Shown: positions 48,837-62,110, counted from the first letter of the whole stretch. The stretch: DNA of 63,945 bases, filler included, from Dicyema japonicum (GCA_011109175.1; 6 parts of 6 records of this genome joined end to end with filler, not necessarily neighbours in it); one strand, 5' to 3'. Notes: generated by a model from the letters alone, not told the origin. A program made the numbers and translations.

Positions 48837-49600
48837 TTAATAAAAATAAAATTTGATGTCAAAACGATTAAAATTATTAAATAAAGTAAGGAGAAACAGA
48901 TAATCCATTATTAAGGCAGTCCATTCAAAAAATGCCGAAATATCATTCATAACCTAATAATTTAAAAATCCTTACATTATTCTGTTTTCTGCCTCCTAAA
49001 TCATTCAGGACAACGACTAGGCTTATTACTCACATTTATACAGAGTATGACGGACATCAATGAAGAAACAGAAATAACCCACGAGGCTATTTTCTGAATT
49101 TTTGAATTTCTGAATATGTTTCGCGTAAGAATGGATTCGTTTATTAAATAAACAGAATAAGAGATTAATCCTATGATGGCAGAAATATAATGAAATAGTG
49201 TACAAGGCTCTTTCTAAACTTAAGATAGACAGACTACTTGAAAGTTAATCGCTATCAGGAGAGTCCCCAGAGCAAGGACCAAGAACCCTAATGAGACGTA
49301 GTTCATCACTTTGTCGACATTTCTTTTGATTTGCTTACTTTTGTAATTTATGAGCAAAATCACAAAATCTGAATAAAAAAGCAAAATACTAATTATGATA
49401 GAAATGTTCATTAGAAGCGAAAAACATGAACTTCCAGGCTTCAGGTTATATGTGTCGCTGGAATAAGCATGATCATACCTTATGTAAGGGATCATCCTGG
49501 TGGAGTTATAGTTTCTCTTGTACAGTAAGATTGTACCAAGGACACTGAAAAACATGAGAATTTCTGTCAAAACAATCAGAGCGCAGATAAATTTTTGCAT
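48837..49600 (-). CDS. DRAM/TMEM150 (Frag1/DRAM/Sfk1) family membrane protein, 4 micro-introns
   Basis: PYIS|DTYNLKPGSSCFSLLMNI, MNYVSLG, INFQ|..FHYISA and SAFFEW..FLLTLF. Introns 21, 24, 25, 22 nt; intact to TAA. Confidence 0.85.
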
Positions 49601-49699
49601 TGTTGAATTTTTTATTATTTTTTTCTGAAACTAACTTTAATTTAATTAACTTTTTTAATAAATATAAAAAAATTTATATAGACTGAAATTTCATACGAA

Positions 49700-49890
49700 A
49701 AATAATTTATCTATTTTCAAGATTTTAAGACGTGAAATTGAATACTGGAAAGTCAGATCGTGTATTCGAAAATTCCAACTGATGAAAGAAGAGCTTAGAA
49801 TGATACGATCTCTCTTCCAGAACATTGGGCTTGCGATCATGAGGAGTAACTCATATTGCGTGCTCAATGTCTGCAAGACAAAATGGAGAC
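49700..49890 (+). mobile_element. CRE-like 3' end
   Basis: LFQNIGLAIMRSNSYCVL. Confidence 0.5.
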
Positions 49891-50149
49891 CTTATCTTTA
49901 AAATTGACTTTTAATAAATTAAATAAATTTTAGATTAAAAAAATATCTGAGACCTTTAGATTATTTGCTGTAGAGATCAGTTTGCCTTTGATGTGAATGA
50001 ATTGTATTTCCTGAGAAACTACACGGCTAAACGATTAAGTGGAATGTCTAACAGTGATTACACGAGGAGATACTAAGCTCTTATCCCAAATTGGAAGAAC
50101 AATGCTAAAAAACAGCCAAATTTACCTTAAACCCAAAATATATTCCGCC

Positions 50150-50460
50150 ATTATTTACCTTTACAGTAAAATTGAGCAAGTAGTATTTTTCATTTGAATT
50201 CTTGGGGAAATCCCATTTAACTCTCATCATTGATATGTAATATCTGTTGGTGTCTCTTAAAAGACGAAATAGTCAGATTTAAGTGAAATACGTTAACTCC
50301 TCTATGTTAAATGTCTTAGAGTTCGTATAGTCTGTGGGAACATCATTCTCGATTCCTTTCCTTTTGTGAACGAATTTGAAAAGATTAAAGCGATTCTCGA
50401 AAAGCAGATTTTCTCATCAAATGTGATTGAACACGTCTACCAAATGAATAATAATTAGGT
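50150..50460 (+). mobile_element. Penelope-like element RT C-terminal fragment
   Basis: PFNSHH..K.K.S..LLY..RIVCGN..EFEKIKAILEK. Confidence 0.55.
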
Positions 50461-50569
50461 TCCCCCGTTTATATTTTGGACGAAAGTTGGTCTTGCTTGA
50501 TGAGGACATGAAAAACGTGATAAAATTTGATTTCAAAAAACCGAATTTATTTTTTAGAAATCTTGTTTG

Positions 50570-50730
50570 GAATAATTAAAGACAGGGTGGCTTTTCCCTC
50601 TAAGATGGCGAGTGAGGTTCATTCAAAAAGCAGCGCTAGTAGGGATTTCCTGTTCGTGCAGAAATCCGAACTATAGACGACTAAAGAATTCCATCGTCTC
50701 AGGCGCAAGGAAACCAGACGTTAAAACAGT
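50570..50730 (-). mobile_element. RLE non-LTR 3' fragment
   Basis: VLTSGFLAPETMEFFSRL..LRG. Confidence 0.45.
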
Positions 50731-52433
50731 GAGCGGAATTTATACAAATTTTTGAAATTTTTGGGGAAAATGAAATCAACGAGGATTTCAAACTCACAGA
50801 TAATTTTTGTGGTAAAATTTTGAAATTCCGGAAATAAATCTGTGCCTATATTTTTGCAGGCAGTATACGGTCAACCGACCGCGATGGATAAATTTTAGTT
50901 TTCTGTCGATACCACGTGTCTTTCCCAAGGGTAGAAAAGAACATGGAAGTACTAGTCTCTTATTAGGCAGGTTTATTCAACAAAAGAAGACAAATGTTTT
51001 CCTGACATTTTTAAAGAGGAGTTTTTGGATCAAATAAACGAAAAATGGACTCGGCCTACCATTTCCCCTAATATCAGTTTGAAATGGAAATTTGTGTAGA
51101 GGAAGCGACGGAATAAAACCCCGAGGTGCCTCCCATTTCTCAAAATCAGATGCATCAAAATATTTGCTGAATTTTAAAAATTTATTCATCGAAAAGTACT
51201 GTTCCATCTTTGATTCTCTAAGCTCGGGGATTTTTCTCCTAAACAACTTTTGGTGGACGAAATTAAAATGACCATCAACTTTTGCTCAACGAGGAGACAA
51301 ACTTTGCTGACTACAATAACAATTTAGAGTTTATTACATTTACGCTCAAGGCAGCTAGCATTTGATCATCCACAGAAATCACGGATATCATTTAAACTCA
51401 CGACTTTTTTGTAATTCTCATTTTCTGTGAAATCACACGTGGAAGATTGAATCCGAAATTTTTTTGAATAGAATCGGGCGGCAGATCTTGATATCAAAAA
51501 TAATAACTACGAATTGTGCAATATATTCGGGGATTGCCTCCCGTATTCTCAGATTACTAACAATAATGTGATATTTCTCGAGTCCCTAGATTTTATAATT
51601 GGCGGTGAGTCCTCGAAAGTATTTATTGGAGTTAACATCTTCAGTGGCTTAGATCTATGTTTCTTGTAAATACAAAAGTCAATTTAATGAACGGATAAAG
51701 GTTGTCTCCAACCGAAGGCGATTCGAAAGCAATCTCCAAGAGCTGAGTACTTCTGCAGTTTTATGAATTTGGCAAAGTCAAAAACGTCACATTCCTCACG
51801 ATAGATCTCCCATTCGAGAACAGAAAATTGTTATCCTACATCAATGGTCAAGTCCGTGAGTTCGGTTGGAGATGGGAGTAATTAACTATTATATAATAGG
51901 TGACGTTTATGTCAGATTAACCTCTGAGTTCTTTCAATTTTGGAGTAAAAGGGACTCGAATACGGATCCTTCGGGTATCCGAAACCTCCTTACGTCAGAA
52001 CTTTTGATTTTCAATGTTTCCACTTCCGTTGCCACGCTCATGCTCGGGAGAAGAGGGAGACTTTCATCCATCATGAAACTAGGTAGACAATCACTATATT
52101 CGTCCTGATGACATTATCAGTATTGGAGGTTAGAGAGTGGATTGTCCACCATAAATACAAACCTATCTATTCCTTTGTTTGATGTTTGATACATCAAAGT
52201 GCTGGACCAACTCATCAATTCTATCATTCTGACTGCCTGAGTCACAACGACTGACGTTTTATAATTCAAATATAATTTATTATTACTTAAAAATGGAATA
52301 ACGTAAATATTAATGAGCCTATTTATTCTGTTTCTAGTCAACTCAATTTTCAAAATAATTTAATTTATTATTTTATTATTAAAATTAAATTTATTAACCC
52401 AGGAACCAAAAGAAAGAGGACAATAGTTATCGT

Positions 52434-54420
52434 CTAAGTTAAGTAATTATGGTGTCCATACAAGGTTTTCGTATATCTGCAGGCGTCCAGATGTAATTTA
52501 ATTTCTGGGATTTTTAGGAGTTTTTGCCATCTTGAGGAAACCTCGGCGGCGTTTTTAAGATATTCCTTGATTGGAGGGACGTTTAATGTTCTTAGTAGTA
52601 CAGATGTTGGCGTCTCTTTCGATGATCTGAACAATATTACACTCGTCCACTGCGTGCTTGTGTTGGATCGAGGGAAGACCAGCGGGCCAAGCTGAGAGCC
52701 CTNTCTTTGCCATCTTGAGGAAACCTCGGCGGCGTTTTTAAGATATTCCTTGATTGGAGGGACGTTTAGTGTTCTTAGTAGTACAGATGTTGGCGTCTCT
52801 TTTGATGATCTGAACAATATTACACTCGTCCACTGCTGCTTGTGTTGGATCGAAGGAAGACCAGCGGGCCAAGCTGAGAGCCCTATTGAAATTCGCCGGG
52901 ATCACAAAATTTCTTGTTTTTGTCTTTAACTGTGGTCTTATAAATTTCAAATTTCAATTATTGATGGAGACCCCATGATTAGGGGGACGTTTAGTGTTCT
53001 CCGAAGTAACGAGGTGGACATCTTTTTCGACGATCTCAATAGAATCCTGAGACATCGATTTTGTAGCACTTCCAGTATGCTCTGTGCAGATATTGATAGC
53101 GAGGTAATCTATTGAGCAGAAGCGTACTTGACAGAAACAANGAGACCCCATAATTAGGGGGACGTTTAGTGTTCTCCGAAGTAACGAGGTGGACATCTTT
53201 TTCGATGATCTCAATAGAATCCTGAGACATCGATTTTGTAGCACTTACAGTATGCTCTGTGCAGATAGTGATACCGAGGTAATCCATTGAGCAGAAGCGT
53301 ACTCGACAGAAACAATTTGTTTGTAAAGAGGCTACAACGATGGGAGGAAAGATATTGGGGATTATGTAAAAGCCTTGAGAATTTAGACTTTCTTGATCCT
53401 CGAGGTTTCCAAGTCTACTTGAAATGTGAATGAAAGGAGAGAATTCAGGGTGACTCATAGGATTGAAAGAGTCATGTTACGTCCAATTGTGCAGACCAAA
53501 TCCATCCTCCAACAGTCCATTACAGACTTCCGCTTCAGAAGAGAGGTGGATAGTAAGTCCGCCCTCTTTTAATTTTATCACACGTCTTACCGTCGCGGAT
53601 ATCACTTAATTCTTTGGCGGAAGAATTTTCATAATGGTAATCTTCACCACTTGGTGAGGGAGAAAGTAGGAAGATCCCTTTCAGCAACTATTCTGTGCCA
53701 AAAGGACTCATTGTCCGACGATTGGAAGCTGTTTTACAAGAATTGACCTTTGCTGAAAAATCCATCTTTCTGTTTCGAATAGACTTCTGTCAGATCCCAT
53801 GTCATCAGACGTTAAGCTCAGCTAAGAAGGCCGGGAATCATATACTGCTGGCGTTGTTTGTGTTTCATCGTACAAGCGACATGTGACTTATTTGGTGATA
53901 CTTTTAGGCAATTCTTCAATAACCAAAGATTCACCAGGTTCTTGCACAGACAGTATCGCCTCCTCGTCTCTGATGTTTCGTTCCAATCACGAGATTATCT
54001 TCATATAAGAAAATTGAGTTTGGGGAGAATAGGTCACTGAGGATCATATTAACTAACGTTGGCAACAGCGGTGATCCTTGTGGCACTCCATCCCTATTCT
54101 ACTTTTGGTTGTTGTCCACCACTGAGACCAGTACGTTTCTCTCTTGTGGATTGGGAATATTCAGACAGTCAAAAATTAAAATGATAAGTTTTGTTAAGTG
54201 CGCTGTCCTTAAGTATCCACCGTGGAATCCGTGTAAAAAGATGGAAATGTGACGAAAGGACGGATCTTGAGAAGGACCACTTCCGTGACAATGCATAGAT
54301 AACGAAAACCGAGCGGTAGGAGGATGGGCTGTTAGGTGGTTTGTTTCTATCAGGATAGGGTGTATCAGCGATTTCTTCCATAGTAACGGAATCTTGTTCT
54401 CGTTTATCTAAAAATTGAAT
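52434..54420 (-). mobile_element. Jockey/I-like LINE, RT and 3' region, with overlap duplications
   Basis: GVPQGSPLLPTL, IFLYEDN, QNRCLRIL and LLRTLNVPPIKEYL. Confidence 0.8.
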
Positions 54421-55119
54421 ATTTGTGTTATTGCCATCGGAAAATACCAGGTTTTTCAGTTAGACGGGTCGAAGAAGGTTATGTGGGACATTTATTCCTT
54501 CAACATGGCCTGAATAGAGATCTAGGTCATTGGATATGGTTTATGACAGCACTTCATAAAGTCATTGGGATTTGTACTTGGATCTCTTTGTGCAATTAAG
54601 TGTGGAGAGCACTTCTTAACCCTCCTAATCGATTTACACAATATAGCGGAGGATATATTATTCGTAGTCTTTTCAACATGGCTTCCCAATGTTCGTGTTA
54701 TACAATATTCCGCATAATTTCTTTTTCGAAAGCACGGAAAAGTTGAACGAGTCGGGAGACATCAGAAATCCAAAGTTCTAAACAAAAAAAGTATCCGATG
54801 CACGCAGGTCCGGTTTTGTATTTTCTGACCTGGGTATGATTCTCAATATACTAAAAATAAAATCTGTATTAAGGGACACCCAGAGAAAAAATTAATTCTA
54901 CAATCGGAAGAAGACTGAGAAAAGACTACAAAAATAGAATGTTCGAGAATGTAATCCCACAATGGACCGAATTATAGTTTCTTAGTCTATGAAATAAGTT
55001 GGGTCGTTAGCCACAACCGTGGAAAGCAGGTGACTCATGAATACCAAAGATTAGGCAGAATTTCAATAATTTTTTCACACATTTCATTATTTTTTTTAAA
55101 ACAAAAAATTTTTTTAACA

Positions 55120-55350
55120 ATTAAACAAATGTCAGTTGAGGAAGCCTGCTGAGTGGATTGCGAACGAGTTCTCTCGGAGTATGGCTATTCTTATCTTTTG
55201 TCTTAGCCATAACCCTTCTCGTTGATCCCTTTTCTATCTGGCAAGCAATCCTCGAGTTCCCTCGGAGTATGGCTATTCCTATCTTTTGTCTTAGCCATAA
55301 CCCTTCTCGTTGATCCCTTTTCTATCTGGCAAGCAATCCTCCGAGTTCTT
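55120..55350 (-). mobile_element. CRE-like 3' end
   Basis: About 90% identical to 43620-43745, with an A-rich tail. Confidence 0.7.
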
Positions 55351-56329
55351 GCAAAAATTCATTATTTATGTATTATTTTTCATTCAACCACTTCATGAGG
55401 TCACTTTCATTTATTCTTTATTTATTTTATTTTTATAAACATTAGTTTAACTAAATTGATAAATTAACTTTATGGACTGCTTGTTACCATTGATTAAAGT
55501 TTTCTGTTTGTTTCGTCTGTTCCTCCTCTTTCCTTTTCTACAAGAGTGATAAGATCCACTTGTCTTAAGTGACGTCCAGTGCCAGGGTAACACTAAAAAG
55601 GATCATTAGCTCTCCCCCACTATACTGGATGGGTTTCCACAACTGCAATGAATGGACTTCTTTTTACCTTTTTGCTAGATGGACTGGTGTAACGTTGAAG
55701 GACTTTGTTTCTGTACCTGTGGAAACTTGATACATTTAACTAGTTGTTTACTGTTTATTTATATCTTTGACTTGTTAGCTCCACCGACCCGAATACAGAA
55801 AAACAATAATTGGAGAGGACTACTTAGAGATGACTGTCTCCTATCCGTTAATGCGCTGCTTGATATATAATCCACGAGTGATTACGGACGTTGGTGTGAT
55901 CATCGACCACTTCTGACCAAGCATCACGAACATATTCTAACCCTGGTCAAATTGGATACAACTTGCGCTCTGACAATTGGGACAACCAGGAAGCGTTCAT
56001 GGCTAGAAAACTTCCTTTTTTATATCTCTGAGGGACATTCTAGTGGAGTACACGTGGGCAAACTTTCGAGCGTGTCCGTATAGGGAAACTCTTTGCCAGC
56101 CATAACAGGACCGATTAAAAGTTAGAATGCGAGCGAGAAGAAATCTGGGAAAGGTACCTTCGTCCTGTAGCCACTACCAAGAAAACTATTTGGTAGTCGC
56201 TATGGTAAGGGAAATAAGTTGGGTCTGTTAACTACAAATTTAGGCATTTTTATCTACGAGCAGTTACCCAAATAAAAACCAAATATTGATGGAAGTGAAA
56301 CCATCGGAAGTTCGTATCCACTTGGTACG

Positions 56330-56555
56330 CATCGTTGTGGTCCAGTTCCTATGAACAGAATCGGACAATCGTCCTCTTCATTTTGTCCATCATGTATTCT
56401 TAGCGACCAGAATACTGGTACGCATCGTTGTGGTCCAGTTCCTATGAACAGAATCGGACAATCGTCCTCTTCATTTTGTCCATCATGTATTCTTAGCGAC
56501 CAGAATAAGAGCCATCTCTTTTCTTGTCCAGGTCCGCCTCAGAGTTCCGCATAGC
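56330..56555 (+). mobile_element. LINE C-terminal CCHC fragment
   Basis: RIGQSSSSFCPSCILSDQNKSHLFSCP. Confidence 0.65.
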
Positions 56556-57099
56556 ATCAAATACACCTGACGAATCTCTGCTCCTGACTGTGGTCTTTTT
56601 GTTAGCCACCGGATTCCTTCACTTGAAGGACTGGGTTTGAGAAAAATCAAACTTTCATACAGAGGATAGACTTTTCCGTGCTAAATTAGAAGGGTTTTGT
56701 GGACATGTAGAGTGAGAAGTGGACGAAATTTCGCTAAAGAATCACCCTGTCAGGTTTGACTTTTAAGAGAGCTGAAGAGTTTGTCTGGAAAAGAGAAGAT
56801 TCGTTCGTGTGTATTTATGCTTTTCGAATGTTTATAAAACCTCGGACCAGACAGAGATTGCTGAGACTTTTGCTGTAATTTCGGTGATTCTGTTAAAGTG
56901 TCGAGAGGTCCACCAGTCAGTGTGTCTAGGATATTGTATCCTTGGAGAGACTATCCTGTGGTCTCGAGAGTGGTTTTCCAGACTATTACATATGAAGAGG
57001 TTAATATGGAAACTAGAAGCTAAAAACAATACTCCTGGGGGTGACAAGATATCTTTGACCCTCTTAAAGAAGGCTTCTCAATCTTTGAGGATGTTTTAG

Positions 57100-57760
57100 T
57101 AAGAACGTTTAGCGTAAACTCATTTAGGTTATATTTTTTAAACATATTTTTGTCATAGCTCCTTGTCTATGCTAATGACAGAGTATTCTGGAATCACTTG
57201 TGGATACCAGATGTTGCGTGTCAGAGGATCTTCTTTTCGCTTTTGCAACATCGTGGACAATCTATCATGTTATATACCTCCACTCCACGCTCTCCATGAG
57301 AAGGCGATTTTTCGAAGGACATCTACATTTTCGAGTTTCATTTTTACATTCTCAAGATCTTCGTGAATTGCAATAGGAGAAAGTAGTGAGGACGTCCGTG
57401 ATATCCACAACATATATAAAAGTAAACTTCCATAGCATTGTTTGCTGGAACTGGGTGATCCATTATAAAGATATGTCCAAATAGTTTTCATCTCTCTCTT
57501 TTGCATCGCTGTGATTGCATATTCAGTACAGCTCTTTTTTACAAATCTTTTTTTGAATCATAATTTTCATCAGCGACCGTAGCTGATTTCCGTGGTGGAA
57601 GTTTAGTTTTCCCAGTAAGACTAATTGAGGCTCGATGTTCCATAATTGTACAGAACCATAGGAACGCGTTTAAACCTTCAATTTTGTCTTGAACGATATA
57701 TGAGGATTGATCATCAATTTGGAATTTACCGGGATCACCGATAAATAAAGACAAGATCAA
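57100..57760 (-). mobile_element. Degenerate LINE RT 3' region
   Basis: LWFC..KTK; LENVDVLRKIAFSWR. Confidence 0.5.
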
Positions 57761-58322
57761 CCGCCACCGAGTCTCACATGCGTCGTGGGTGCAGTTATGC
57801 GTCTAAGTTTCTTCAGAAAAAGAAGCGATTTCTTGCTTATTCCTCATGTTGTCTCAACAATGGTTAGGTAGAACGTGAATCGATCGCGTAGAACTACATA
57901 TTTATTTTTTTTTGCCTTCATGTTGAATGGGCAAAAGGGGTCGACGCAGGTCGCATCCCATACCAAAGGTTTCCCCTCCTCAAATAGATAAATTTTGATT
58001 CCATCAGGCCGTTCTCCGTCTCCTCTGTCTTAGCCAACGTGTACAAGTATGGAGGGGTATCCAGCAGACTCCGGGGCTCGCTTAACAATTCCGTTTATCA
58101 CCTTATGTCTTGAGAATCGTCGTGCATTTCTTCGACAAGAGAGGTCATGATGTCCACAACAGTCGACGGTATCACCACACCGGCACCTGTGAGTCTGGAT
58201 AATCTTCAGTCCGAGTCAGATGNNNNNNNNNNNNNNNNNNNNNNNNNNNNNNNNNNNNNNNNNNNNTTAATTAATTAANNNNNNNNNNNNNNNNNNNNNN
58301 NNNNNNNNNNNNNNNNNNNNNN

Positions 58323-58385
58323 GATAGCCTAGGCGGTTTTAACACTGATTTCTGCCCAGTGCCCTTAATGTCAGCGAGAAATGGG
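58323..58385 (+). rRNA. Short degenerate 28S rRNA-like fragment
   Basis: TGATTTCTGCCCAGTGCCCTTAATGTCA closely matches the conserved LSU segment TGATTTCTGCCCAGTGCTCTGAATGTCA. Similarity fades after about 60 nt. Confidence 0.55.
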
Positions 58386-59289
58386 AAAAAGCGGTTACTT
58401 TAATTAATAGTATGAAGGGGGAAAGGGACCACGAATGTCCCTAACTTTTTTAATGCGAATCCTCGTAGATATTCCAATTACTCATTAAACTATTACTGAT
58501 GCGGTGTCGTTTCTTTTCTTTTAGCTGCGTTTGAGTCCAAGTAAATAATTTAGTGAAAGGATAACCATGAGATTTGAAATTCGTATCTAATTGGAAACAT
58601 TTGAAATATTTCTANAAAAGGGAAAGAGCGGTTACTTTAATTAATAGTATGAAGGGGGAAAGGCACCACGAATGTCCCTAACTTTTTTAATGCGAATCCT
58701 CGTAGATATTCCAATTACTCATTAAGGTATTACTGATGCGGTGTCGTTTCTTTTTTTAGCTGCGTTTGAGTCCAAGTAAACAATTTAGTGAAAGGATAAC
58801 CATGAGATTTAAAATTCGTATCTAATTGGAAACATTTGAAAAATTTCTAAAGAACTTAGTGACTTTCCAAAGAATATATTGCCTTATTACGTCACGACCT
58901 TTGACTTCCACCGTGATCATCTCCTATAACAGAAGACTACATGAACATAACTAACAAGAGAGAGCCTAAAGAGTCAAGTGAATAATAAAGAATATAGTCG
59001 GGAAAGAACTTCAAAAAGGAAACATGTGTAATTAATAGCATAAGTAATGGGAAAGTGAAAATTGAGTATTATCCACAGTTTCGCTAAAATGAATAAAGTT
59101 GGTGACCATTAGGAAACGCCTCCTCAAATCAAGCACATAGATCCTGCACATCAACAAACAGTCCTGAAGTGCCAGAGTAAAAAGATCCTGAACTTTTATC
59201 ATATCCAGATTTGAGTGAATCCCACAGGTTCCTTAAGAGCAATAATTTTAAGAGGTCTGGTTATAGTGTTTTCTCGTCCACAATAACTC

Positions 59290-60520
59290 GAATAGTTAGT
59301 TAGTTAGTTAAGTAACCCCAGCCTCACTAACTTGTAGTAGGCCAGCAGCTATTAAGTAGTACGCAGCAGATGTTGGTCGCTCCCATAGATCGGTCATGAC
59401 ATTGAAATAGGTGATTTGCTGTCAGCACGTGGAGGTTGCAAAAGAGGCAGAGTATATCATAAGTTGGTAGATATGGGTGGTGCCCACATCGTAGACGAGC
59501 CAGGTTTACTCGCACGTCGCTTGAAAGAGAGGATTCTGATTGGTCTATTGGAGGAGGGGGTCGTTGTAATATTTTATTGTCTCCAAATCTTCTGATGCTT
59601 TTCGTAGAAACAAAATCGTGTATCTGTTTCAGACGACTCCTGTCATTAGGTATGGAAGGAATAGATGATAACATTCGAGACAAGTTACTGGTTGTCATAA
59701 TAATTTTCCATTTGTTTTGCAACTTGCATAGAGAGTGGCAGGGATGTTCTAGACTGTAGGCTTGGGAGAGGAACTGCAGGGCTCTCATTTCCAGATGGTC
59801 TCTAATTGAAAAGATCTTTGACTCCCAATGTAGATGATCGACAGGAGTTGATCTGAGACATCCAGTAATTTTTCTGAGAGAATTGCGCGAGAGTACCCAT
59901 AAATTAAAGAATATAGAAAATTTTAAATTATATAATTTTTAATATTTTAATTATTCAAAAAAAATTTTATATTTGTTTATAACGAGTAAATTAACTAATT
60001 AAGCGGATTTTGATCCACCTNTGTAGATGATCGACAGGAGTTGATCTAAGACATCCAGTAGTTATCCTGAGCGCGATGTTTTGTACTTTTTGTAGTTTGT
60101 CAATAAAAGTTGACCAGCAAGGGTTTGCATAGTTAATAGTTGTTCGAATGAATTGTTTATATATGATGGTTAGGGATTCTTTGCTTTGGCCAAAGGAATG
60201 GCCTGACACAGCTTTAAGTATGTTGATCTTGTAAAAGGCCTTTGTACATTGGTCCTCCACATGTTTGGAGAAAGTTAGTAATTGGTCATAATTAACTCCA
60301 AGTATTTTGGGATGTTTCGTAACGGTGAGTGGTTCTCCATGAATTGTTAAAATTGGTTGAAAATTTAGTTGGCGGCGGTTGGACGTGAATACAGTGACNT
60401 GGTCATAATTAACTCCAAGTATTTTGGGATGTTTCGTAACGGTGAGTGGTTCTCCATGAATTGTTAAAATTGGTTGAAAATTTAGTTGGCGGCGGTTGGA
60501 CGTGAATACAGTGACGGTAG
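59290..60520 (-). mobile_element. 5'-truncated jockey/I-like LINE with (TAAC)n tail
   Basis: HPKILGV..LTFSKHV, SFGQSKESL..YKQFIR, QNIALRITTGC, LARLRCGH and C.FCN..HLFQC. Confidence 0.85.
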
Positions 60521-60661
60521 AATTCGATGAAGAGGGGGATAGGTGGTTTGCTCCAAGCCACTCAAATATTTTATGGTAAAATTTGATAATTTATATAAAA
60601 TATAAAATAAAATAAAAAAATAATTAATGTATTAAAAATAAATTTTAAAATTTAAATAAAA

Positions 60662-61219
60662 ATGATTGGATTGCACTCTATATTGCGTAAAATAAAACGT
60701 AAAGAGAAGCAGTTGAGAGTACTAGTATTAGGCCTGGACAATGCTGGAAAGACGACAATAATGAGAAAGTTTTGCAATCAGTCCATCGACAGTGTGGCTC
60801 CTACCTTGGGCTTTAACATAATCACCATCGAATACAACGGCTTCAAGCTCAACGTATGGGATGTTGGGGGACAAAAGTCAATCCGTTCTTATTGGCGGAA
60901 TTATTTTGAGAAAACAGACGCTTTGATATGGGTAGTCGATTCTGCGGACAAGATGAGGCTTCAAGACTGTGCACGTGAACTCCATGGACTTTTGAAGGAG
61001 GAGAGATTGGTCGGAGCATCCCTTTTGATTTTTGCGAACAAGCAGGATATTGATGGATCTCTTAGTTCTGAAGATTTGGAGAGAATCCTTGATTTGAAGT
61101 CTATAATATCTTACCATTGGTTAATTCTGCCATGTTCTGCCTATACAGGATTTAATTTAGTAGAGGGCATCGATTGGATTTTGGATGATGCGTCCTCAAG
61201 GATTTTTACTCTTGATTGA
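60662..61219 (+). CDS. ARL2: ADP-ribosylation factor-like 2, intronless
   Basis: 185-aa uninterrupted ORF: [39 protein letters not shown] and CSAYTG, ending [15 protein letters not shown]. Confidence 0.97.
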   Translation: MIGLHSILRKIKRKEKQLRVLVLGLDNAGKTTIMRKFCNQSIDSVAPTLGFNIITIEYNGFKLNVWDVGGQKSIRSYWRNYFEKTDALIWVVDSADKMRLQDCARELHGLLKEERLVGASLLIFANKQDIDGSLSSEDLERILDLKSIISYHWLILPCSAYTGFNLVEGIDWILDDASSRIFTLD

Positions 61220-61469
61220 TATTTTCTGTTTTTTTGTACGTTTATGGTCGGTGGACAGTTAGATTGTTGTAATTTGACGATTTTGTGTTCGGGAATGTGA
61301 ATTTAGAGATTATGCTTTCAATCTTGCAGGANNNNNNNNNNNNNNNNNNNNNNNNNNNNNNNNNNNNNNNNNNNNTTAATTAATTAANNNNNNNNNNNNN
61401 NNNNNNNNNNNNNNNNNNNNNNNNNNNNNNNATTTTTGGAAGATGATTGCCTTTTTTCCTGACAAATAA

Positions 61470-62110
61470 AGTACCAAATAAAACTTGGATTCTCCTGCCA
61501 CTTACTCTGCCAAACAGAGAAAGCTGGATAAATATTTTGCGCTTGGGGGCCGTTTCTCATCGTCCCAAATGTGTTCAAGACATCGTGCCTGTCGAAGAGA
61601 TGTTCTCCGAAAGATAGAAAACGGGAGATCCTTCCGAGCGGAGTTTGTTCAGTGAACGCTTCTCAATTGGCATTGGCAGTGCTCACTTACTTGGGTGCTG
61701 ATGTCTGAATTGTTTCTTTTTTCTAAAATTAAATTTTTATTGTTTGCATTGAATAGTCGAAGAGATGTTCTCCGAAAGATAGAAAACGGGAGATCCTTCC
61801 GAGCGGAGTTTGTTCAGTGAACGCTTCTCAATTGGCATTGGCAGTGCTCACTTACTTGGGTGCTGATGTCTGAATTGTTTCTTTTTTCTAAAATTAAATT
61901 TTTATTGTTTGCATTGAATATTGATTATGCATATCGTCCACTACAATTGTAATACCATTGAACCGTACACACTTTCGGGAGAGGTTCCAGGAAACACATA
62001 TCACTNGTGAACGCTTCTCAATTGGCATTGGCAGTGCTCACTTACTTGGGTGCTGATGTCTGAATTGTTTCTTTTTTCTAAAATTAAATTTTTATTGTTT
62101 GCATTGAATA
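61470..62110 (+). mobile_element. CRE-like RLE and 3' end, triplicated by assembly overlaps
   Basis: RKLDKYFALG and TGDPSERSLFSERFSIGIG. Confidence 0.6.
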
